Virus record (IMG/VR): IMGVR_UViG_3300025133_000028
Source of the DNA: a virus
DNA length: 64,000 nt
Reading direction: 5' to 3' (one strand)
A model generated the notes under the pieces. It worked only from the letters and a program-made list of their open reading frames with translations, was not told where the DNA came from and made no database searches. The position numbers were made by a program, and so were the translations under genes. Below are positions 20,168 through 31,928 of the stretch, in pieces; the stretch's first letter is position 1, and every line of letters starts with the position of its first letter.

Positions 20168-21664
20168 TTATTCCTCATATACCCAATCTATAGAATAAGA
20201 AAAACTCCCTTCTGTTGGGTTCCAGTTTGATTGTGGTTGATTTCTGAAAACCTGACTACCAGTTGGTTGAGCAGCTTGGATAAGACTTCTAATATCTCCC
20301 GAAGTGTTAGCTTTTTCCAATGGTGTTTTCATAAATTCCTTAATAGACGCTTGGTCTGTTCCCGATAGGGTGTCTGGTTTAAATGCCACTTCGATATTAA
20401 GACTTCTATTCAACGCAGGACGAGTACCAATATCTTGCAATACTGGTCCTACTGCTCTTCCTAATACCGGAATTTGAGCGAAAATATCACCATCCAAACC
20501 ATCTCGAATACCAATAACTTCACTTAGAGAGCCTGACACTATGTTTGAGGGTCTATCGTCATATAACAAGCTATAATTAATTGTGCCCGTCACAGGGTTT
20601 CTAGCAGTCGTTTGTGATAAAGGATTGATATTTAATGAAGTGTTTTCAGAATATGCCCGAGCACGACCAAACGCCATGCCAGACGCAACAAGATATGCTT
20701 CCTTAGCACTGTCCCATTTACTTTTAGTAATTAGATGACTGGTTGAATCTCTTAATTCTAAACCAGCAATGTTACCATCTATATTAACTTGTACTCTACC
20801 GCCATTATTGTTAGTAGATACATTCAACGTTTCAACAGCAGAACCACTAGACGCCATAAGCCAAGTCTCTACCAATGCGTATGCACCACCAAGTTCGTCT
20901 ACATTTTCATTAATAATGTGATTAAATGCTTGGTATGTATCATTAAAGCTATGTAGATTAAATTCACCAGAATTAAACGTAGGATTAAATCTTTCTCCTT
21001 TTTTAGAATGTACATAATCTCTAGCTTGTTGCCATGCGGGTTTAGCTAATGTTCCAGTATCATCATAAAAAGCTTTGCCTACAGCACTTAAATTATGAGT
21101 CAAAACATAGGTTGGAATATTTCCACCAGAACCAAAAACAACCTGTTCTTCATTAGTGTCTATCGACCAGTTTTCACTTGCGGTACTCACATACACACCA
21201 GATGGTGCCAAACCCAACTGAGCTACATAGTCTTCTTGACCTGGATATAAAATATCCGTATCTAAAACTATAGAATAAGTACTTGTATTAAAGTGTTGAC
21301 CTTGAGGAAAAACAATGGAAACAATCCTAGGATTACACTTAATTGATTGTTGCCCGTCTGCACTTTGGACTTCAAACTGTAAACCTTGTTGAGAAAACAA
21401 CGAACGAATAGATTCTTGCTTTCTTTGAATATTTCCAAGTCTACTATCTCCATCAACAGTTTCGTCTGGAGGGAATCCGCCAACAGTATGAAAAGTGCCA
21501 CTTCCACTAGGCGAACCTTTGAAAGAACAAATAGTTCCATTAATAGTGATACTATATTTAGAACCTATTTGTGTACTATCACCCGTTGTTTCATACTGTT
21601 TAGATACAGCAATAAACGGAGCAGGAATCAACCTGTTTCCATTATACATAACTCTAGTAGACAT
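20168..21664 (-). CDS. Tail protein (distal-tail-like)
   Basis: 498 aa beta-rich protein in post-TMP position. Confidence 0.5.
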   Translation of the reverse strand: MSTRVMYNGNRLIPAPFIAVSKQYETTGDSTQIGSKYSITINGTICSFKGSPSGSGTFHTVGGFPPDETVDGDSRLGNIQRKQESIRSLFSQQGLQFEVQSADGQQSIKCNPRIVSIVFPQGQHFNTSTYSIVLDTDILYPGQEDYVAQLGLAPSGVYVSTASENWSIDTNEEQVVFGSGGNIPTYVLTHNLSAVGKAFYDDTGTLAKPAWQQARDYVHSKKGERFNPTFNSGEFNLHSFNDTYQAFNHIINENVDELGGAYALVETWLMASSGSAVETLNVSTNNNGGRVQVNIDGNIAGLELRDSTSHLITKSKWDSAKEAYLVASGMAFGRARAYSENTSLNINPLSQTTARNPVTGTINYSLLYDDRPSNIVSGSLSEVIGIRDGLDGDIFAQIPVLGRAVGPVLQDIGTRPALNRSLNIEVAFKPDTLSGTDQASIKEFMKTPLEKANTSGDIRSLIQAAQPTGSQVFRNQPQSNWNPTEGSFSYSIDWVYEE

Positions 21665-21676
21665 AATTACCTCTTA

Positions 21677-24600
21677 TTAAAAACCGTGAGTATAAAGTTC
21701 CATACTGCCAGAAGGTTGTGATTCAAGAATATTTGGCATTACAAGTGGCATATTATTATTTACACCACTTTCACCACCTTCGACAAATAAATTCATATTA
21801 TTATTTTCACCAGATTGAGCCAACAAGTGTAACGACACACGATGATGAACACCATTAAACTGTCGGTTAATAAACAAATTCATATTATCATTAAACGGTA
21901 CAGCACCTAAAGTTCCAGAAGGAGCAGCCATAAACAACGGAATATTTCCAGATTCTAAAACATAATCGTTTTGCAAGAACAATGGAATATTATCATTAAC
22001 AGAATTGTCGTTTTCTAAGAACAAATTCATGTTAGAAGTTAAATCAGATGAAGCATCTCCTTGCATAACCAAATTAAGCTGATAATCAGGGTCTGGTGTT
22101 CCTGATATTCCAATATGTAATGGTGTTGTGTTAAATACGCCAGAATTAGTGGTAGACCACATAAACAATGAAATGTCACCACTACTTTCTAATGGTGTTA
22201 AACCACTAGAATAAAGATTCATAGAAGCATTGTCATACAAACCACCTTTAATATATAGTGGAATACTACCAGAAATAGGTGCTCCGTTAATATATAAAGT
22301 AGTATCATCAAATTTAGTACCAGCTAAAGTATATAAAGGAATAAATTCATTTAGAATAGAACCAGAAATATATACCGGAACACCAGAGGGTCCATTATTA
22401 ACATGAACTCCTCCCAAAACGTGTAATGGCATATTGTCGTTGCTGGCTAAACTACCATCAATAAATAAATCTAAATTTTCAGCAGCACCGCGATTTTTGA
22501 TGAACAAGTCTAATTCATTGTCGTCAAAATCACCCAGAGTAAACAAAGGCATACTGCCAGTACCAGTAGCAGGAATACACAAAGCATCAAAGCCAACATT
22601 GTAAGAAAATAGTTTTAAATCGCCAAAATAATTCTCATTACCGTCTTGGTTGTATTGTAAGTCTACGGTTAGGTCATTGTCGTGAATCTCGCTTGCTAAT
22701 ATTTCTCCAATATCATTACTATTGTATAATCTGTATACCTGTTTTTCACCTGAAGGAAAAAATGTACTAAATTCTGCGAAATTAATAGGAAATCCGCCAG
22801 CATCTTCAAATATAACAGCACCATCAAACTTAACACCAGATACGTGATTAGTTGTGTGTTCTACACATACGTCCATCCATATAGAACTCGGACTTAATTG
22901 TAATGTATTATATAAAATACTGTCAGTGCCACCAATAGCGTATAAATTGTCAATATTCTTAATAATATTAGTATTATAGGCAGTATAACCAGTGACATCG
23001 GCTTTGGTGTTACCGCTTGGTAATATCCACCTAATAAACGAACTATCACCAGAACATTCGGCGGCTGTCGTTACAACATCACCAACATATTGTGCCGTAT
23101 TTACTGTCTGCATAACAGTGCCAGACAATTCTGGTGTTGTTGCAGAAATCGGATTTCCACTACCTATTCCAAAATCAGTAATCCATCCACCAAAAGAATT
23201 ATTGCTAAAAAGTGTTGGATATCCAGACGGCACACCACCAACTGTCATTTTAGGATTGGGATTGTTGATATATCTATTATTTGGGAAACTAACTGAACCC
23301 TTATTCTGTAAAAATCCATTTGCTGGTGAACCACCGTCTGTCCAAATATCAATACTATCTTCGTCAAAAACAAGTACAATAGTTGTAGTATATATATCTA
23401 TAGCAGATGCAGAACTAGTCAAAGTAATCGGATTTAGTAAATCGTCATATCCACCAATAAGAATAGTATCATCTAACAAAGACACCTGAAGTTCAGCTTG
23501 TGATGGAAATCCTCTATAGAGAATAGTTTCATTTTGTGGAGTCTTACCGCCACTAGGAGCTACTCGTAGCATAACAAAATAGTTAGTAGGATTCGGAATA
23601 ACAACCCTTTCACTAAAATCAATGTAAGCTTCCCCGAATGTACCACTAGACAAAGTTCCAGTAGGACCATAAATAGGTCCATGTGATTCTCTAAATTGGT
23701 CTCCCCAAACACCACTAAAGCCAGGAAAATAATCATGAGTCAAAATACCACTTGTGGCACCATTTGTTGAATTGACTATTTTTCCTTGATATTCATTTAT
23801 TGGCCAATATCCAACATCATAAATATTGTCTAATGATTGTTTACCAAAGTCATCACCACTTCCTCTTAAGGTCCAATATGCATTACCACCACCAGAAGGA
23901 GTTATTTCTTTTTGACACGCAAAAGTATGACCAAAAACATTCAGTCCCATCGTGTCATCTTCTGCATAATGCACATTTAAATGTGTGGCAGAAACTTGTA
24001 CGCCAGATGGTAAACCAATAACTTTAAGTTCTAAATCACGAAACGCTTCTATAACATCATGATGTCTGCGTTGTTGTGTACCGCTTCCATCTCCCCATGG
24101 AGTAGGTTGAAAAGCTTGATGTAAAGGATTATACCAGTTTAACTCACATGTGTAATTTTTAAATCCAGAATATTCAACAATCTGACCAACACCATATAGT
24201 TCTGGTGCGATATGTAGTTTTTTACCAACGCCAGCATAGTAACTTTTAATACAATGCGAAATACCATATACTTCAAATTCATCACGTAAATTTACACCAG
24301 AAGTTGGAACATTCATTCTCATATTAAGAATAGCTCTACCAATTCTTGTATAATTTCCGCTACCTTGTAAAGCGCCAAAATATAAACTAAGATAATCTGT
24401 TTTTTTTGCAGATGACACTCCAAATGAATTTAATTGAAGATATTCAGTATCCGTATCAACACCACTCACAGGATGTGAAACTCTGCCTATATCGCTTGCA
24501 CTTACAACAGCCGCAACATCGTTTCTCCAATCTCCACAATGTCCAATAAGACCACTTGGATAAACTTCTGTCTCATATTGCATACTGTTGAAGTGGTTAT

Positions 24601-25843
24601 TTCTAAATTGTCCACCAGAATAATATATTTCTACAGCATTTAATCGAGTACCAGAAGAAGCTGGAAAATCTATTCTTAATGATTCATAACGACTTTTTAC
24701 ATTACCATTATCGGCAGACGTAGGATAACAATTAAAGTCTAACAAACGAAAAATATCATCTCTAGTTCCATCTGTTAAGTCAATATGTCTAGTAGTAATG
24801 CCTTCATCAAAATCTACAGTGGTTAAAAACTTTTCATTTAACCAAAAATCTGTTGTGGCAGAAGAAGTAGTATTCACGCCACTAACTTTAACGGTGATTC
24901 TATCTGGAATTCTATTCGTCTTTTCTATTTTGAACAATGCAGTAACAGCACTACTGGTTGTTGTTTGCATATACTCATTTGCTGCATCTGCATTAACATC
25001 TACATCAATTTTTTCATATAACGAATTAGTATGACTTCTAAAATTATGATTTTGGTCAACATAGCCATCTTCATCATGTTCAAGAATGTCTCTTACAAAT
25101 CTAACACGGTCTTGACTAGCAAGAGCTAAACAAGCATTGTATTCGCCAGAATTACTACACAGGCACAAAGGTGTACCAGAATCTGTTACAGAAATAGGTC
25201 CAGATATATATAACGGTATATTATCGTTTAAGTCTACAAAAGACTCGCCAGAGGCAACCACATTTAGTTCGTCGAACTTGGTATTTATAGAATTACTAGG
25301 AGTTGTTAAATCAAAAACTATTTCAGGATATCCATCAAGAGAAAAAGTTCTCCAAATTGGCTTAGTGTCGTGATTTACCGTTAGATTAATTGTCGTGGTT
25401 TCAAACTGACTAGCGTCTGGAATGTAAGTATTATCGCCGGAAGCAATTAAGACTTTGGTTTGAGCAAGGCCGGAATTTTGTAACTGATAATACCACAATT
25501 GCGGATTATTAAAGTTTATGTCACCACTACTTCTTATCTGGATACTGATAGAAGATGGCAATACAGCAAAAGGTTCAAGCGTAAGTTGAGCATGTCCATT
25601 CGCTGGGTTGTGGTCTTCGTTATCTATCCAATACTCAGTACTAACAGGTGTTGCTACTCCGTCATTAATAAACGCAGATGCACTACCAGCACCAAAATCC
25701 GGCACCGAACTAAGTTCAGTATCAGATGGAGTTGTAGTACGTACACCATGCCATTCATTAATGCATAATGCGTCACCATCAGTACCCTTTAGTACTCTGT
25801 TAGTCCTAGTAGGGTCTAAATATACAGTACGTTCTATACCCAT
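21677..25843 (-). CDS. Large tail/fibre protein with C-terminal 'xPL(F/Y)xxG' repeats
   Basis: 1388 aa directly after the TMP; repeated MPLF/IPLY/MNLF units near the C-terminus. Confidence 0.55.
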   Translation of the reverse strand: MGIERTVYLDPTRTNRVLKGTDGDALCINEWHGVRTTTPSDTELSSVPDFGAGSASAFINDGVATPVSTEYWIDNEDHNPANGHAQLTLEPFAVLPSSISIQIRSSGDINFNNPQLWYYQLQNSGLAQTKVLIASGDNTYIPDASQFETTTINLTVNHDTKPIWRTFSLDGYPEIVFDLTTPSNSINTKFDELNVVASGESFVDLNDNIPLYISGPISVTDSGTPLCLCSNSGEYNACLALASQDRVRFVRDILEHDEDGYVDQNHNFRSHTNSLYEKIDVDVNADAANEYMQTTTSSAVTALFKIEKTNRIPDRITVKVSGVNTTSSATTDFWLNEKFLTTVDFDEGITTRHIDLTDGTRDDIFRLLDFNCYPTSADNGNVKSRYESLRIDFPASSGTRLNAVEIYYSGGQFRNNHFNSMQYETEVYPSGLIGHCGDWRNDVAAVVSASDIGRVSHPVSGVDTDTEYLQLNSFGVSSAKKTDYLSLYFGALQGSGNYTRIGRAILNMRMNVPTSGVNLRDEFEVYGISHCIKSYYAGVGKKLHIAPELYGVGQIVEYSGFKNYTCELNWYNPLHQAFQPTPWGDGSGTQQRRHHDVIEAFRDLELKVIGLPSGVQVSATHLNVHYAEDDTMGLNVFGHTFACQKEITPSGGGNAYWTLRGSGDDFGKQSLDNIYDVGYWPINEYQGKIVNSTNGATSGILTHDYFPGFSGVWGDQFRESHGPIYGPTGTLSSGTFGEAYIDFSERVVIPNPTNYFVMLRVAPSGGKTPQNETILYRGFPSQAELQVSLLDDTILIGGYDDLLNPITLTSSASAIDIYTTTIVLVFDEDSIDIWTDGGSPANGFLQNKGSVSFPNNRYINNPNPKMTVGGVPSGYPTLFSNNSFGGWITDFGIGSGNPISATTPELSGTVMQTVNTAQYVGDVVTTAAECSGDSSFIRWILPSGNTKADVTGYTAYNTNIIKNIDNLYAIGGTDSILYNTLQLSPSSIWMDVCVEHTTNHVSGVKFDGAVIFEDAGGFPINFAEFSTFFPSGEKQVYRLYNSNDIGEILASEIHDNDLTVDLQYNQDGNENYFGDLKLFSYNVGFDALCIPATGTGSMPLFTLGDFDDNELDLFIKNRGAAENLDLFIDGSLASNDNMPLHVLGGVHVNNGPSGVPVYISGSILNEFIPLYTLAGTKFDDTTLYINGAPISGSIPLYIKGGLYDNASMNLYSSGLTPLESSGDISLFMWSTTNSGVFNTTPLHIGISGTPDPDYQLNLVMQGDASSDLTSNMNLFLENDNSVNDNIPLFLQNDYVLESGNIPLFMAAPSGTLGAVPFNDNMNLFINRQFNGVHHRVSLHLLAQSGENNNMNLFVEGGESGVNNNMPLVMPNILESQPSGSMELYTHGF

Positions 25844-25864
25844 TATTTTTTACCTTGATTGATA

Positions 25865-28800
25865 TTAACCATTGTTCATACCAAATTCTGATTTAAGTCC
25901 AGCGATAGCAGTGTCTACTTGACCAACTACCATTTCTTTAACCACACTAATAAGCTTGCTTTGTATACCTTCTGCTAACGTATTACCACCAGCAAATGTA
26001 ACATTGACATTATGTGTAGCAACATGATTAACTTCTCTTGGAAAATTATTCAGAGCTTCTATATGGGTTTGTAATCCACTATTGAAAGAACTAACAGCAG
26101 CAGCAAATTTACCAGTATCTACACCTTCTCTGTTACTACTACTATCCGCTCGTATTCCAGCTTGCATTCCTGCTTGTAATCCAACTTTTCTAACTGGTCC
26201 ACCGTGTTTGAATCCTTTAATACCAAGGTTTCGTCCAGCAATATTAGCGTCTCTTAAAACATCTCTAGGCATTCCTTTGTCTGTTCCTTTGTTTCTAATA
26301 TATTTTAAAGCTGTTCGTAAAGCACGAACATCTGGAGTACTAGGCAGTGTTTCTAGTAGGTTTAATCCAGCTTCTGGATTGTTTTTTAATGATATTGCTG
26401 TTGTTCTGTTAAATATTCTTTGACGGTCTGAACCGCTATATCTCCTACCTTTGCTAATTGAATGATGTCTAAAAGCCCATTTTTTAGCTCTACGATTTCT
26501 TTCTGCTAACCAATTCGCTCTTCTTTCTGCTTTACCAGCTAAATAATTTTCTCTTCTTTCTGCTCTACGTCGTGGGTCTAGTCTTCTAACACGACCACCA
26601 CGAGCAAATCTATCGGCATTGTTAAGCTCATTAAGTGCGTCTGGTCCTAAAGCAGAAGCGGCATCTTTGCGAATAACAAACTCACCAGGAGTTAACATAG
26701 CAGGAACAGTATCACGTCTACCAGAACCAGGAACACCACCCCCAGTATTTCTAACAATACCAGCACCTATAGGAATTCTAGCAGATAAACCAATAAGAAA
26801 ATCTTTTAAAGTAATATGTAGTTTATTGACAAAATTGTTTAAAATAGTTTTTTCGTAGTTTGCCAAAGCTAACGCAGCCGCAGCAGCTTGTTTTTGAACA
26901 ATAATAGCTTCTTTTTGAAGTTTAACTATTTCAGCATCTTCTACTTTTAATGCACTGCCAAGATACTTACCTAAAGCACCCTCAAGAATCTTATTACCTG
27001 TTTCACCAGTTCTTCCTACAACTGCTCCACCAAATCTTTTCAAACCTGCTTGAATTAATCTAAGTTCGGCACCACCAATTTTAGATATGTCTCTGTCACC
27101 AGAAGCAAACTTCCTAGCAGCAAGCAACTCTTTAATTATTTGTCTTTGGCCTTTTCTGTCTGCTCCAATAAAACCTTCTGCAATACCAATCTTAGCTGCC
27201 CTAGCACTTTCTACTTCTTCTAATCTTTTTAGCGTATCAGCAGTACGACCAGAACCATCAGCAAGTTTTTTCAAAGCCTCAGTTGTAGACTGAATAATAG
27301 GTTGAAGTTTAGCTTGTTGAATATCTGTTCCTTTTGCAAACGCTTCATTAAGGGCATTTAAATTCTTAGCCAAAACATCAACATCAGCACTACCCGCTAG
27401 TCCAACAGCAGCAGATTGAGCAATACGATTACCAATTCCTGCTCTGCCAAATTCTGTGCCTGCAAAACTATCTTGCAAACTAGTAACTCCAGCAGCAGCA
27501 GATTGAGAGTTAGAAAACGCATCAACCGTTCTGCCTCTTTGTCCAAACACCGTCGATAATTGTTGTGCTAAAGCTTTTTCGTAGTTTGCAGCAGCAACAG
27601 CAGCATCATTAAAGGTTTTAACAAGAGGATTAAATTTGCTTGTAAATTTTTCAACAGCACCAGGAACATCTTCTATAAGCTTAGCAAATTCATCAACACC
27701 AAGTTCAGAAATTTGTCTTTGGATATCATTAGCAACAATGTCACTAACACCAAAACCTCTTAATGCATCACCAATTCCTGTTGGTCCATCTCCTTTGTAT
27801 TTACTAGCAAGATTTGGAGAAGCAAATATTTTAGTTAAAGCTTCTTTGGTTATACCAACTTGTCTAAAAGATTCAGCTTGTGATTTACTTGTATATCCCC
27901 TGTTAACAAGTTTGTGTAAACTACTAGTCTGTCTAGCAGTACCTGTTAAACCTATATCATCATATCCTCTAATTAATCCAGCAGCAGAAGTACTTGGTCC
28001 CAAAAGAGGCTTTACAGTAGCTTCTCTGATTCTTTTTGTAGTGTCAAATATAGAACTAGACATTTGAGTAATACCATCACCCAAAAATTCAATAGCATCA
28101 ATAACTTTTATAGAAGCATTTCTAGCTCGATGTTGAGCATCTAATTGTTCTGCATAATCAGCGCGATAAGTACTATTAGCATTTACAAAAATTTCTCCTA
28201 ATATTTCAGTTTCTTTTCTAAATTCTGCTCCCGTCATTCCTTCAAAATCGCCTCTTTGGCGTCTTGTTTCAATTACACCAATTGCTTCTTTTTCACTAGC
28301 TTTAGCAAATTCGTAAACTCTTCTATCTCTAGCTTCAACATCTGCCTTAGATAGTTCTGCTCCAGCGCCTGCGTTCTTACCAAATGCTTTCCCTTTATTT
28401 GCTAGTTCTATAGCTTCTTTATCAGTAGAAGCAAAAGTAGCATTAAGAGCAGAAACAGGATTATAAACTTGTCCGATTCCTCTTCCAATCAAACCAAGTG
28501 CAGAAAAAAATGTACCAACAGCACCTGCGTCTTGATTTAATGCTCCTTTTTTTCTTTGTCTAAAAGCTTCAGCTATTTTTTCTTCTTGAACTTTTCTATC
28601 TGCGGCATTTTTACTTGCTCCTTTATCAGAAAATTCTTGAAGAATATCAGAAAATTTAGTATTTCGTACTTTTTCATCAAGAGCAACTAAAGCATTACCG
28701 GCACCTATAGCGCCCACAGCCAAGGCTGCTAATCCAACAGCTAAAGGACCACCACCAACAGCAGATGCTAAAAATCCACCAGTTAATGCACCACCACCAC

Positions 28801-30958
28801 CACCAGAGGCAATTGCTCCAATAGTACTATCTTCACCTAATGCTCCACTGGCGGCTAAAGCAACACCAGCAATACCAGCGGCTTTACCTCCTACTCCAAG
28901 TCCTGTTTTAAATCTTTGTTGACGCAATCTGGCTCTTGTTGCTTTTCGCCCAGCATTCCTTGCTTTTTCACGTCTTTTTTGTTTTTCGTCTATATTTTTT
29001 CGATGTGCAAGTAGATTATCATTTGCTACTCCAGCATCTCTTACTAATTTAGGACCGTCTAATCTTACAGCGTCTTTTTTTGCTTTTCGATATGCAGCAT
29101 CTCGTTGTTCGTGTATTTTGGTAATTCTATCAACTCTTGCTTGTTGTTTAACAAAAGCTGGAGATGTTGTACCACCAAATGTTGATTGTTCAATACCTGC
29201 TAATACGCTTTTTTCTTGTCTAAGTTTTCTGCCAGATTGAACAGCTTGCTGTCCTGTAAAATATTCTCTACTTGTTTGATGAGATGCTTTAATAGCAGCA
29301 TCATAAGCAGCCCGAGCTTGTTTATACAAACCCGCATCTTTTTTATCTGGTTTAGCTTGACCAGGAGAAAAAAGTTTAGGCTTATTAAAAACTTGGTTAA
29401 AACTACTAACACGATGACGAAGACTTGGTGTTCCAGGTTTTCCAACGGTTCCTGTAATAAAATTACCATTAACGTCTCTTTTTCCAGCGATACCTGTGCC
29501 GCGAGTACCAGGAATAAGATTTTTAAGACCTGGAATTCTAGTAGCACCAAAAGCTAACAAAGCAGGAGCCAAAGGAGCTAAAGCACTGATAACTTTTAAA
29601 ATTGTTGATGCAAGACTTTCCATAGTCTTAATAAATATTTGAATTTCAGAGTTACTGGCAAGTGTCGCAATAGTATTAACAAATTCGTTTCTTAATTTTG
29701 CTAATCTATTTTCTGTACCTTCTGCTGCAATTCCAGCGTCTCTAATAAGTTGGTCTGGAGCATCTCTTAATAATTGAGCGGTCTTTAGAGCAACTTCTGG
29801 ACCACCAGCAATAGCAGCATGAGCGACAGGTAAACGACGAACACCACCAACAGCTTGGCCAATTTGTGCTCTTCTTCTATCACCGGGTTTAAGTTTAGAA
29901 ACAACAGCGTCTAATTTAACCAAAGCTTCAGTAGCACCAACAAATATATGTTCGCCGTTTTTGCCAACTCTTTCTAAATTAATACCAAATTCTTTTAAAG
30001 CATTACGAGTAGATTGTTTTTGCAGTCTAGTAATAATAGTGTTTAAAGAACGCGCAACTTCGTTAACAGGACGACCAGAATGAGTAGCAGCAATACCAAT
30101 CAAAGCCATAGTTTCAGCAGCATCACCACCAGAACTTTTAACCGTATTACCAAGAATAGTTATACCTTCAGACAAACCCTGAACATCAGCAGAAGTTGTT
30201 TTAGCTGTTGTAAGAATCTGATTAAAAGCTTTTCTAGCACCATTTTCTGTAACACCAAAAATCTTATTCAAGGTAACATAAGTGGTGGCAAGTCTACTAA
30301 CGTCAGTAACTTGTTTATTAACATCTAGTTCAGAGAATAATTTGACTAAAGAAACATTAGCGTTCAAACCTGCTTGTTCCACAGTAACTAAAGCTTGTGC
30401 TACTTTACCAGCATCAGCACCTACACGAACAGATTGACTACGAACCTCTTTATTAATTTTTGTGATATCATCACTACTAATGCTTGTACCACGGATTTGA
30501 CCAATAGCTACAAACTTAGATTGTAATTGAATATTTTTTGTTATAGCATCATTAATTAATTGTACGGTTCTATAAAAAGCAAACGAACTAACAATAACGG
30601 TTTTAAGTCTGCGTGTATAATTACCCCAAGCTGAGTTTCCAGCATTAACCAACAAACTCTGCTGAGTTAATGCGGTATTACTTCTTTTTATAGAAACAGT
30701 TTGAGATTTAAATGCCTGATTAGACCTATTGATAGATTTTTGCTGAGCAGTTAAAGTTTTGTTAGCAGCAGCACTAGCTGTAGACACTCCCTTAAGTTCA
30801 CTAGTAAGACCACGTAATGCTGCTTTATTAAACTGGACATCTGCCTTTAACACAACTCCTTTGAGTTGGTTATTAATTTGTGCCTTAACTGCTTTAACAT
30901 TAGTTGTAGAAGGTGCTTTTAACGCTAAGTGTGCAGATATGATAAATGGTTTAGCCAT
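25865..30958 (-). CDS. Tape measure protein
   Basis: 1697 aa, Ala/Gly/Lys-rich and helical; TP901-like core; 'GGVPGSG..DTVPAMLTPGEFVI' motif; follows the chaperone genes. Confidence 0.88.
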   Translation of the reverse strand: MAKPFIISAHLALKAPSTTNVKAVKAQINNQLKGVVLKADVQFNKAALRGLTSELKGVSTASAAANKTLTAQQKSINRSNQAFKSQTVSIKRSNTALTQQSLLVNAGNSAWGNYTRRLKTVIVSSFAFYRTVQLINDAITKNIQLQSKFVAIGQIRGTSISSDDITKINKEVRSQSVRVGADAGKVAQALVTVEQAGLNANVSLVKLFSELDVNKQVTDVSRLATTYVTLNKIFGVTENGARKAFNQILTTAKTTSADVQGLSEGITILGNTVKSSGGDAAETMALIGIAATHSGRPVNEVARSLNTIITRLQKQSTRNALKEFGINLERVGKNGEHIFVGATEALVKLDAVVSKLKPGDRRRAQIGQAVGGVRRLPVAHAAIAGGPEVALKTAQLLRDAPDQLIRDAGIAAEGTENRLAKLRNEFVNTIATLASNSEIQIFIKTMESLASTILKVISALAPLAPALLAFGATRIPGLKNLIPGTRGTGIAGKRDVNGNFITGTVGKPGTPSLRHRVSSFNQVFNKPKLFSPGQAKPDKKDAGLYKQARAAYDAAIKASHQTSREYFTGQQAVQSGRKLRQEKSVLAGIEQSTFGGTTSPAFVKQQARVDRITKIHEQRDAAYRKAKKDAVRLDGPKLVRDAGVANDNLLAHRKNIDEKQKRREKARNAGRKATRARLRQQRFKTGLGVGGKAAGIAGVALAASGALGEDSTIGAIASGGGGGALTGGFLASAVGGGPLAVGLAALAVGAIGAGNALVALDEKVRNTKFSDILQEFSDKGASKNAADRKVQEEKIAEAFRQRKKGALNQDAGAVGTFFSALGLIGRGIGQVYNPVSALNATFASTDKEAIELANKGKAFGKNAGAGAELSKADVEARDRRVYEFAKASEKEAIGVIETRRQRGDFEGMTGAEFRKETEILGEIFVNANSTYRADYAEQLDAQHRARNASIKVIDAIEFLGDGITQMSSSIFDTTKRIREATVKPLLGPSTSAAGLIRGYDDIGLTGTARQTSSLHKLVNRGYTSKSQAESFRQVGITKEALTKIFASPNLASKYKGDGPTGIGDALRGFGVSDIVANDIQRQISELGVDEFAKLIEDVPGAVEKFTSKFNPLVKTFNDAAVAAANYEKALAQQLSTVFGQRGRTVDAFSNSQSAAAGVTSLQDSFAGTEFGRAGIGNRIAQSAAVGLAGSADVDVLAKNLNALNEAFAKGTDIQQAKLQPIIQSTTEALKKLADGSGRTADTLKRLEEVESARAAKIGIAEGFIGADRKGQRQIIKELLAARKFASGDRDISKIGGAELRLIQAGLKRFGGAVVGRTGETGNKILEGALGKYLGSALKVEDAEIVKLQKEAIIVQKQAAAAALALANYEKTILNNFVNKLHITLKDFLIGLSARIPIGAGIVRNTGGGVPGSGRRDTVPAMLTPGEFVIRKDAASALGPDALNELNNADRFARGGRVRRLDPRRRAERRENYLAGKAERRANWLAERNRRAKKWAFRHHSISKGRRYSGSDRQRIFNRTTAISLKNNPEAGLNLLETLPSTPDVRALRTALKYIRNKGTDKGMPRDVLRDANIAGRNLGIKGFKHGGPVRKVGLQAGMQAGIRADSSSNREGVDTGKFAAAVSSFNSGLQTHIEALNNFPREVNHVATHNVNVTFAGGNTLAEGIQSKLISVVKEMVVGQVDTAIAGLKSEFGMNNG

Positions 30959-30980
30959 ATTAGCCTCATACTAGTATAAT

Positions 30981-31031
30981 AAAAAAAGGCAGACCACTAG
31001 CCATCCTTCAAGGAAAAACTAGTGATATACC
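30981..31031 (-). terminator. Putative terminator/attenuator upstream of the TMP gene
   Basis: Minus-strand hairpin (CACTAG...CTAGTG core) followed by a T-tract. Confidence 0.55.
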
Positions 31032-31046
31032 CATTAAACTGTCCAA

Positions 31047-31928
31047 TTATTTTGCGGAACTTTTTGCCTTCTTTTTAGACTTAACTTCCGGTTGTGTTTT
31101 AACTTCTTCTTTTGGTTCTTCTGAGATTTCGGGTTTTACAACACCTAAGTCATCTTCAAAATTGCCGTACTCTTCAAAGTTGTTGTCAACTACGTTGCCT
31201 TCGATGTCAACTCGTTCGCCTTTGTCGTTAACAACATACCCTTCGTCGTCAACTAGCTTTCCATCAATATCTACTTTATGTCCTTCTTTATTAACGAGAT
31301 TTAGTTCGTCGTCAACAAATCCAAACTTACTTAGAAAAATGTTTTCTGGGAGTTTCTTTTCCCAGTCATTGTCTAAGTCGTAAATCAACATACTTAGTTG
31401 AGATGCCGCTTGAGAAGCATACGTTTCAGACTGTTTACTGTGGTATGCTTCTACACTATCAAATACTTTCTCGCCCTCTTCGTCTTTAACACAGTGAGAT
31501 ACCAAAAAGTCAAACTTTGCGTCTTCACAAATAGATTCCGCAGTTAACCCTTCGTGTTCTCTCATGATACTACTAAGAACAGTGTGTTTGATAACGTCTC
31601 TACGAATGTCAATAGCAAGTTCTTTGGCGGCAGATATTTTGTTTAATCCCGCCTTTTTGCCTTGTCGTAGTTTCTCGCGATTAGTAGCAATAGCCAATTC
31701 GAGTTTGTCTAACTCTTTTTGCTGGTCATTGTCCCACAATCCGCGATTTGTCATGTGCTCTGCTAACTCTTTTTTCCACAACGCACCCGAACTAGTACAT
31801 TGTTTGAACGTAGCACTTGCTACGATTTGTGCTTCTCGTAAAAGTTTTGGCGTAGGTCTTGTAACATAAACTGTAACATCTTTACCTTCGCTGTCCTGAG
31901 ATTCTACCTTAATTCTGTTGCGAGCCAT
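31047..31928 (-). CDS. Putative tail assembly chaperone
   Basis: Lies between tail tube and TMP; charged; 'V(N/D)xEGxxV' repeats. Confidence 0.5.
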   Translation of the reverse strand: MARNRIKVESQDSEGKDVTVYVTRPTPKLLREAQIVASATFKQCTSSGALWKKELAEHMTNRGLWDNDQQKELDKLELAIATNREKLRQGKKAGLNKISAAKELAIDIRRDVIKHTVLSSIMREHEGLTAESICEDAKFDFLVSHCVKDEEGEKVFDSVEAYHSKQSETYASQAASQLSMLIYDLDNDWEKKLPENIFLSKFGFVDDELNLVNKEGHKVDIDGKLVDDEGYVVNDKGERVDIEGNVVDNNFEEYGNFEDDLGVVKPEISEEPKEEVKTQPEVKSKKKAKSSAK